Assembly: GCA_963790655.1 (NCBI GenBank)
Contig: CAWBPT010000013.1
Location: 158,484 to 222,483, forward strand
DNA from: an uncultured delta proteobacterium
Lineage (GTDB): Bacteria; Desulfobacterota; Desulfobaccia; Desulfobaccales; 0-14-0-80-60-11
Direction: 5' to 3'
Length of the DNA stretch: 64,000 bases
Positions within the stretch are counted from its first letter, which is position 1; each line of letters begins with the position of its first letter. Shown in pieces: positions 58,046 to 64,000 of the stretch. The notes beneath the pieces are model-generated. The model had not been told where the DNA came from, did no database searches, and saw only the letters and a program-made list of their open reading frames with translations. The translations under genes were made by a program, and so were the position numbers.

Positions 58046-59959
58046 TCACTGCACCAGCCCCTCGGCCACGTAGGCGTCGGTGATGAGCACGTTGAAATAC
58101 CGGCCCTTGAGACAGGCCCCGATGGCCTCCTGCTTCTCCAGGCCGCCGGCCACCGCCACCACGTAGCGGTCGGACCTTCCGGCCCGTTCCCGCAGTTCCA
58201 GGGCCCCCACCCCGATGACCCGCCGGGTGAGTTTGGCCAGGTCCGGGTCTTTGCCGTCCAGCATGGGTTCCCCCTGGGCATCGATGGGCGTATGGTTGAT
58301 CTCGCCCACCACACCTTTGGCCTTCAGGTCTGCCGCGGTCAGACCCATCTCCTGGTCGGCGAAAGCCCGGAAGCCGGGGAGCGGCCCGGTGAGATAGCCC
58401 ACCCCCAGCACCATGATGTCCACTTCCCAGATGTCCCGGTAAATCTTTTGCATCTCCGGGTTGGCCGCCAGCAGCCTTTCGTATTCCTCCCGGGAGCTCA
58501 CCGGAATGGTGGGGAGATTATAGGCCGAGGCGTCCGGGTACTTGGTGCTCATCATTCCTACCATGGCGTTGGCCGTAAGTCCAGGCATGGTGAGGATGGG
58601 CGTCAACGTTAAGGGATATAAATGCACGCCGGTGAGGCGCTCGGGCTCCAGGTAGCTTATCAGATAATAGAGGGTCTTGCCGCCGGAGAGGCCGATTTTG
58701 GCGCCCGCCGGAGTGATTTCTTCCAGGTAGTAGGCCCCTTCCCGGGCCACGGTCTTCTGGATGGCGTCCAGGTCCTTGAGTCCCGGGTCCACCACCCGCA
58801 CTTCCCGGAGGTGGGGGTAGCGCGACTTGAGCTTATCCTCCAGGTCGCCCCGCCGCGGGATGGCCGACTTCTCGAAGATAAAGGCCATGACCTGGGGCAG
58901 GGTGGTGTATTCCATTTCATGCAACCCCAGGCGGTGGGGCTCAAAGGGCCCGTGGCGCCGCATGTAATTGGCCACCCGGTTGGCTTCTTTGCGCACTTCA
59001 TCAAAGGCCACGTCGGCAAACATATCCAGGGGCCCCAAAAGTTTGCCCTGGCACAACTGGTAGCCCGCGGCGATGACCCGGGGCGGCCCGTCAAAGCGGC
59101 TGGGAATGGCGTCCTTGAAGGCCACCGGCATCAGGGGCCCGTGGTGCGAGCCCCGCATCCAGCCCTCCACCAGGTGGGGGAAGGCGAAGGGCTCCAGCAC
59201 CTCCCCCACCGCGGGGAAGCCCGATTGGCACCGGATGACCATCACCGGGTCGTCTTTGCCCACGTAGCGCCCGGCCAGGAGGCCCAGCTTCTGGGAAGAG
59301 GCCGCGGCCGCCACCTCGTTGTCCTTTTTGCGATAAATGTTTTCGATGAGGTAGCGTCCCGGGGTGCCGATCAGCACCAGCAGGTCGTACATGTCTTCGG
59401 GGCAGGACAGAATCCATTCCTTGTGTTCGATGGCGTCGATGACCCGGAAACGGAAGCCCCGGTGCATGTTGGGGTCGATGACCAGCCCCACGGTGGTGAA
59501 GGGGTCGGCAAAGATGCGGAACAGGGGGAGGTTCCAGGCGCCGGGGGAGGTCTTGTCGGCCATGAAGATAATGACCGGTTCGCTCTTGCGTTCTTCAAAG
59601 TGGAGTTCCGCCACCCCGGGACCCATGCCCTTGACGTTGCCGGAGAAAGCGTCGCCCAGCATGTCCTGGCCGGCCCCGTAGAGCTTCAACTTCTTGGCCA
59701 GCTCCGTGAGTTCCAGGAAAGTGTTCCAGGCGAACTGGTGGATCTCCGAGTCTTCCTCGCCCCGGTGGTGGGTCATGATCAACTCCACGTCGTCGCCCAC
59801 GTTCAGCACCTGCCCATCCACCAGCAGGCCCCGATCCACCGCGCCTTGCACAATTTTTCTGGCCAGGGCCAGCATTTCCGGGTGGCAGGTGCTGTGGCCC
59901 ACCCAGCCGCCCACGTCAGCCTTAATTACCGATAACGTGATCTTGCCGTCGGTCGCCAT
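58046..59959 (-). CDS. class V fructose-1,6-bisphosphate aldolase/phosphatase fused to a SorC/CggR-type sugar-phosphate-binding domain
   Basis: N-terminal ~375 aa: KITLSVIKADVGGWVGHS...DVELIMTHHRG...YGAGQDMLGDAFSGNVKGMGPG...MRGSHHGPLMPV. C-terminal ~260 aa: IGLSGGKTLYYL...DIMVLGVGY...VVGEINHTPIDAQG...YVVAVAGGLEKQEAIGACLKGRYFNVLITDAYVAEGL. The start is taken at MATDGK (SD aaaggagg); the track start at 59980 is 7 codons longer. Confidence 0.85.
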   Translation of the reverse strand: MATDGKITLSVIKADVGGWVGHSTCHPEMLALARKIVQGAVDRGLLVDGQVLNVGDDVELIMTHHRGEEDSEIHQFAWNTFLELTELAKKLKLYGAGQDMLGDAFSGNVKGMGPGVAELHFEERKSEPVIIFMADKTSPGAWNLPLFRIFADPFTTVGLVIDPNMHRGFRFRVIDAIEHKEWILSCPEDMYDLLVLIGTPGRYLIENIYRKKDNEVAAAASSQKLGLLAGRYVGKDDPVMVIRCQSGFPAVGEVLEPFAFPHLVEGWMRGSHHGPLMPVAFKDAIPSRFDGPPRVIAAGYQLCQGKLLGPLDMFADVAFDEVRKEANRVANYMRRHGPFEPHRLGLHEMEYTTLPQVMAFIFEKSAIPRRGDLEDKLKSRYPHLREVRVVDPGLKDLDAIQKTVAREGAYYLEEITPAGAKIGLSGGKTLYYLISYLEPERLTGVHLYPLTLTPILTMPGLTANAMVGMMSTKYPDASAYNLPTIPVSSREEYERLLAANPEMQKIYRDIWEVDIMVLGVGYLTGPLPGFRAFADQEMGLTAADLKAKGVVGEINHTPIDAQGEPMLDGKDPDLAKLTRRVIGVGALELRERAGRSDRYVVAVAGGLEKQEAIGACLKGRYFNVLITDAYVAEGLVQ

Positions 59960-60004
59960 AAAACCTCCTTTGTCTGACACACCGGTTAATTCTTTTGGCA
60001 GAGG

Positions 60005-60631
60005 ATGACGGTTTGTGGTAATCAGTTGGCCATGTGGTCTAGAAAGTCTTTACCCCTCCTACCCTCCTTGGGCCTCTGGCTGGCCCTGATTATGGTTGGG
60101 GTTGCCGGCTGCGCCCCCCATCTGCCAACGCCCGTGGGGCCCCCGGGCCTGGCGCTGGAACCCGGCCGCTATCTCACCGCGGTTTACCGCGCCCCGGACT
60201 TTGAACCGATTCGAACCACCTATATTATTCAGCCCTTCCCGGTGGAGCAGTCCCAGGGAGTTGCGCCCGACACTTTTCAATCCATGCTGCAGGACGAGCT
60301 GACCCGGGCCTGGCAGGCCAACGGCCTGAAGATCACGCCCCTCGGGGACGCCGTCCTTTCGGGCACGGTGCGCTACGTGGATATCCGCGGCGCCTCCCTC
60401 AGGTGGCTCATCGGCAAGATCAGCGCCAACCTGGTGGTTTCCGGAGCCATTACCCGGGGCGGCGTGACGCTGTTCGCTTTCCAGGACCGCATTTACTTGA
60501 GCTCTCCGCTCAGACCCGGCCCCCCGGCTCCCAAAGAAACCGAGCTCTTGCTGCACGGCGCGGCCCGGACCCTGGCCATCCACCTGCTCAACGAACTGCT
60601 GCTTACTTACCCCCCGCCGAAGGCAAATTGA
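60005..60631 (+). CDS. lipoprotein, hypothetical
   Basis: LWLALIMVGVAGCAPH is a lipobox. Alternative start at 60032. Confidence 0.6.
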   Translation: MTVCGNQLAMWSRKSLPLLPSLGLWLALIMVGVAGCAPHLPTPVGPPGLALEPGRYLTAVYRAPDFEPIRTTYIIQPFPVEQSQGVAPDTFQSMLQDELTRAWQANGLKITPLGDAVLSGTVRYVDIRGASLRWLIGKISANLVVSGAITRGGVTLFAFQDRIYLSSPLRPGPPAPKETELLLHGAARTLAIHLLNELLLTYPPPKAN

Positions 60632-61346
60632 GCTCCCCAAAGACGCGCACGATGAGGCGGGGCCGCTGCTTCGCATTGGTAAAAAGTTCTACGAGTCCGC
60701 CGTAGGCCCCAGGTTCGCGGCACTTGTTCTTCACGGTCAAAACGTAGGCGTTATCCGCTTCTTCCGCCTTCAGGCTCACGTCGATCTTGTCCGGGATGTT
60801 GTTGCGCACGTCCGTGATTTTAAAGGGGCTGGACAGGTGCGAGGTGAAGCGGATCTGGGCTTGCAGGTCGTCGCCCGGGGCGCCGCGCAACCGCACAATG
60901 TGGCTGGGCTGAATCTCGATGAAGGGCTGGGCCCATCCTTTGACCGTGAACACCACCAGGGGGTGTTCCGGGTCGTTGAAGCGCACCTTGGTATCCTTAC
61001 TGAACTGGTGCATCACCGAGAAGGGCTTGAGGGTGAGGGTGATTTTCCCCTCGCCTCCGGGTGCGATGCTGCGGTCATATTCCGCCGCGGTGCAGGCGCA
61101 GTCCGGGTCCACGTCCTCGATTTTCAGGGGCTGGCCACCGCTATTTTTAATGACAAAGGTGTGGCTCATGGCCTGGTCTTCCACCACTTTCCCGAAGTCG
61201 TGGGCGATTTCCGGAACCGAGACCTTGGGCCCAGCTTCAGCCGCCGGCGCGGCAACCGCCCAAAGCCAGGACACTCCCGTAGCAAGAACAATCAAAACCA
61301 TTGCCTTTAAAAGTCCGTTTTGGTGCTGGTAGTTCCCCATTTTCAT
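60603..61346 (-). CDS. DUF1573 domain-containing secreted protein
   Basis: Start at MKMGNY (SD aaaggtggg). Signal peptide, then HDFGKVVEDQAMSHTFVIKNSGGQPLKIEDVDPDCACT, the DUF1573 pattern. Confidence 0.8.
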   Translation of the reverse strand: MKMGNYQHQNGLLKAMVLIVLATGVSWLWAVAAPAAEAGPKVSVPEIAHDFGKVVEDQAMSHTFVIKNSGGQPLKIEDVDPDCACTAAEYDRSIAPGGEGKITLTLKPFSVMHQFSKDTKVRFNDPEHPLVVFTVKGWAQPFIEIQPSHIVRLRGAPGDDLQAQIRFTSHLSSPFKITDVRNNIPDKIDVSLKAEEADNAYVLTVKNKCREPGAYGGLVELFTNAKQRPRLIVRVFGELNLPSAGGK

Positions 61347-61735
61347 TAAACCCACCTTTAGTGATTTAGCCGGCTGTGGTTTGCAACCGTCAAGCCTGCC
61401 TGCTTTCGGGCTCGCAGATCGGCAGTCCCCTCCCGTCGGCAAGCCCTTTCCGCTATTTTACCACAAAAGATTTGCCTGTGTTTGCCTTATAAGGTTTAAT
61501 ATAATGGCCTTGGCACCAAGAGGCCGGGCCGGCGACTTGGCGTAGCCGTCTGATTTTCCCCCTGGCTGCCCGCGGGGTTGGGGTAAGGGGGCATCTTTGG
61601 GGGCGCCGACTTCCAGCCTGTGCCGGCGCAGACTTAAACCTGCGGCTGCCGGCCTGGAGCGCCACCGGGGCCTAGCCGCCTCTTTCCTGGCCCGGTGCCC
61701 GCGCCCCTGACTGACTGCAAAGGAGATTACCACCC

Positions 61736-62320
61736 ATGGCGCCCTTGAGCAAGGTTCATCGCCGCACCAAAGAGACGGAAGTGGAACTGGAACTGGAACT
61801 GGACGGCCGGGGTCAGACCGCCATCAACACCGGCATCCCCTTCCTGGACCACATGCTGACCCTCTTTGCCGCCCACGGCTATTTCGACCTGAAGGTGGCG
61901 GCCACCGGCGACCTCGAAGTGGATCAGCACCACACCGTGGAAGACATCGGCATCTGCCTGGGCCACGCCTTCCGGGAGGCCCTCCAGGCCCGGCCCGGCT
62001 GCCGCCGCTTCGGCTCGGCCCGGGTGCCCATGGACGAGGCCCTGGCCCAGGTGACCGTGGATCTCTCCAACCGGCCCTTTCTCCACCTGGAGGTGAAATA
62101 CCCGCCCGGGGGCTGCGCCCTGGACCCCCAACTGGTGAAGGAGTTCTGGCGGGCCGTCACCGTCCACGGCGGCATGACCCTGCACATCACCGTGCCCTAC
62201 GGCGAGAACACCCACCACATCCTGGAGGCCATCTTCAAGGCCGCGGGCCGGACCCTGGACGCCGCCACCCAGCCCGAACCCCGGGCCCCGGGCGTGCCCT
62301 CCACCAAAGGAGTGCTGTAA
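61736..62320 (+). CDS. hisB: imidazoleglycerol-phosphate dehydratase
   Basis: RRTKETEVELELELDG...TGIPFLDHMLTLFA.HG.FDL...GDLEVDQHHTVEDIGI...YGENTHHILEAIFKA. Confidence 0.95.
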   Translation: MAPLSKVHRRTKETEVELELELDGRGQTAINTGIPFLDHMLTLFAAHGYFDLKVAATGDLEVDQHHTVEDIGICLGHAFREALQARPGCRRFGSARVPMDEALAQVTVDLSNRPFLHLEVKYPPGGCALDPQLVKEFWRAVTVHGGMTLHITVPYGENTHHILEAIFKAAGRTLDAATQPEPRAPGVPSTKGVL

Positions 62321-62466
62321 ATATTTTGGGGAACCAAATGTAGCACCGCCGCCCTCGGCGGTTCTTGCAATGCTGGTGGGGCGGGCCAGGGTGTAGCGTA
62401 GGCGCCCTCGCCTGCGTCCCCTGCCCTCCCCCCACACCCCCTCCCAACCCTTTAAGCTAAATAAAT

Positions 62467-62496
62467 AAGGCGGAGCCTAAGCCTCCGCCTTATTTG
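62467..62496. terminator. bidirectional hairpin terminator between convergent hisB and the DUF6602-like gene
   Basis: aaggcggag-loop-ctccgcctt has T/A-rich runs on both sides (ataaataAGG...CCTtatttgg). Confidence 0.6.
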
Positions 62497-62706
62497 GTCA
62501 TTTATTAACTTTTCCCAAAAAGTTAATCAATCAGCTTGATTCAAGATATTATTCATAGCGGCAGATTCCGAGGGCCCATAATTTGCGGATAAATAGCAGA
62601 AATCAGCAGTTGCGCTATATTGTTTGGCCACCCGCATTAGCCACCTTCTAGAATTACAACTTTCCAATGATCTGCTCCGGGGTTAGCAGACTTGCTCATA
62701 CCTTTC

Positions 62707-63432
62707 TCATGCGCCAAGCCAGCGAGCATAGGCTTGAACGTCGATCATCGGCACAGTACCGCTGAACTGAAGCTGCGAGATAAGCCTGAACAGAAACGCG
62801 GTGGCAGGCTTTCCTCCAGTGATAAACTCATAAGCGTCACCCGACTGATTCAAGAAAAAATGACCGTGAGCGGCCACGCATCCAAGATCGAGCCGTCCGC
62901 CTTCATCACCTTTGCCTAAAGCTGTTTCCAAAGGCGAGCCGAAAGGAGGACTCCAGTCACTCTCGAAAGTGAGCAGGCCGCCCAAGATCGGAATAAGGAG
63001 TTTTGCCGGATAGGTCCCTTTCGCGTAGGGAATCGGCAAGCTGGTGCGGTGCAGTTTGCGAACGCTGGCAACCTTGCCTTGTGCGTAGGCAACTTCGGCT
63101 GCGTTAATTGCTTGCTTAGCCTCGAATACGGCATAAACGCTTTCTGCAGGAATTATGGTCTGCCCTTCATAGTGGAAAATGAACGGCGAATATTGCCGGT
63201 CAAACACCACGATGTCTATCTGTTCGCTGAACATGCCGTTGCTATCGACTATATGGGCGGTTGCAGACTGATAGCGTTTCGGCAAATAGGTCTCCAGAAG
63301 TTCCAGCCAAACTTTTTCGCTTGCGTCGCTCTTGGTCCCGGGATGGCCGAAGGTCTTGCGAACAGTCCCCAGACGTCGCTGTATATCATCATGCAGGCTG
63401 GCGAGAAGTTGCTGCAAGGACCAGGCGGTCAT
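62707..63432 (-). CDS. DUF6602-like protein with a PD-(D/E)xK nuclease signature
   Basis: GTKSDASEKVWLELLETYLPKRYQSATAHIVDSNGMFSEQIDIVVFD...IIPAESVYAVFEAKQ has D...E-x-K spacing typical of restriction-endonuclease-fold enzymes. The family name is from memory. Confidence 0.7.
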   Translation of the reverse strand: MTAWSLQQLLASLHDDIQRRLGTVRKTFGHPGTKSDASEKVWLELLETYLPKRYQSATAHIVDSNGMFSEQIDIVVFDRQYSPFIFHYEGQTIIPAESVYAVFEAKQAINAAEVAYAQGKVASVRKLHRTSLPIPYAKGTYPAKLLIPILGGLLTFESDWSPPFGSPLETALGKGDEGGRLDLGCVAAHGHFFLNQSGDAYEFITGGKPATAFLFRLISQLQFSGTVPMIDVQAYARWLGA

Positions 63433-63755
63433 TTTGTCCAGTTTTCAGGGTAGAAGTCGGCCCGCGCCTTTAGGCATGGTGCGGGGCGCTTTTTTGAATA
63501 TGGACAAAATACGAGATTTTGTCCAGTTATTTAATTTACTTTTGCTTCTATATGTGTTATTGTGAAACGAGTTTTTATCCAAAAACTCGGGGGGTTATCC
63601 CGTGAAACCACCTACCAAGGGTCTTCCAACGCTGCTGACGGGGGCCTTGGCCCTCAACCTGGCAATTCCCTTGACGGCCTCTCTGCGCTGACGGCGGGCC
63701 ACTCCTGGCGCAATGCCCTTGCTGACGTCTTTGCATCGCCGCCGGACCGCTCCCC

Positions 63756-63771
63756 TGGCAATTTCCTTGCT
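63756..63771 (+). promoter_or_regulatory. sigma-54-like -24/-12 element upstream of the nucleotidyltransferase gene
   Basis: TGGCAatttccTTGCt has exact GG-N10-GC spacing, and the -12 element lies about 55 nt before the ATG at 63826. It is one of four tandem look-alike repeats, so caution is needed. Confidence 0.35.
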
Positions 63772-63825
63772 GCCCTCTGTGCGCTATCGGGGGTCTTCAA
63801 CTCTGGCAATGCCCTAAAAGGCGAG

Positions 63826-64000
63826 ATGATGACGTCTGACCAATACCTGAACCAGATAATTACCAAGTATTCGATCAACGTGGGGGGAGCCAAAGCGATA
63901 GTCAATGCTATTTATCCGACGATACAGCTCTGGGCCAACAAGTATTTAATTGAAGCAATCTACTCTGGGTCTATGGCTAAGGGTACAGCAATTTCATTGG
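63826..64000 (+). CDS. pol-beta-superfamily nucleotidyltransferase, N-terminal 58 aa only (runs off the window)
   Basis: MMTSDQYLNQIITKYSINVGGAKAIVNAIYPTIQLWANKYLIEAIYSGSMAKGTAISL has the G-S-x-A-K-G-T motif that precedes the catalytic DxD in minimal NTases, OAS and SMODS-type enzymes. It is not in the track because no stop is in the window. The frame is also open upstream to about 63535. Confidence 0.55.
   Translation, partial: MMTSDQYLNQIITKYSINVGGAKAIVNAIYPTIQLWANKYLIEAIYSGSMAKGTAISL

Overview
All product names below come from reading motifs by eye. I ran no database search, no covariance model and no numerical GC calculation.

**Overall.** This is a GC-rich (roughly 55-60% by eye) chromosomal segment of a bacterium. 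It uses sigma-54 promoters, PEP-CTERM proteins and an archaeal-type FBP aldolase/phosphatase. That is consistent with a Desulfobacterota/deltaproteobacterium-like anaerobe, but the taxon is a weak inference.

**Core backbone (about 30 apparently intact genes).**
- 1-5.6 kb: partial PaaK-like ligase, rubredoxin, two-unit M16 peptidase.
- 27.1-33.5 kb, minus strand: tRNA-Leu, tig, clpP, clpX, lon, tRNA-Val, tRNA-Asp.
- 33.9-38.2 kb: PAP2, chrA, M18 aminopeptidase, SHOCT-tail membrane protein.
- 38.7-43.9 kb: higBA, two hypotheticals, dnaJ-like, moaC, dksA-like, rlmN.
- 49-62.3 kb: GATase1, pgeF, HEAT protein, ssb, TPR-like protein, recJ, MBL hydrolase, K+ channel, FBP aldolase/phosphatase, two lipoprotein/secreted proteins, hisB.

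**Accessory content.**
1. 6.2-10.6 kb: duplicated PEP-CTERM gene cassettes. One is behind a sigma-54 promoter, the other behind a c-di-GMP-I-class riboswitch. Each is followed by an orphan Fis-type HTH tail of a sigma-54 activator.
2. 10.9-27.1 kb: an island ending at the 3' end of tRNA-Asp.
   - It holds a truncated IS3 and a satellite/PICI-like replicon remnant (AlpA-like HTH, Prim-Pol/DUF3987, 9-bp iterons, PC4-like, TerS-like).
   - It also holds a run of frameshifted defence genes: HsdR_N fragment, SNF2 helicase, DUF499/BrxC-like ATPase, low-GC GmrSD, and a giant HNH-NACHT-HEAT STAND NTPase.
3. 46.1-48.6 kb: an IS1595-family element with an 8-bp target duplication. It carries low-GC cargo including a protein with a HEPN-like Rx4H motif.
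4. 62.7-64.0 kb: a divergent pair of a DUF6602-like PD-(D/E)xK protein and a pol-beta nucleotidyltransferase cut by the window edge. I consider this the best candidate for an intact, poorly described conflict system here.

The intergenic space is packed with several dispersed repeat and hairpin families, including a MITE with perfect terminal inverted repeats.
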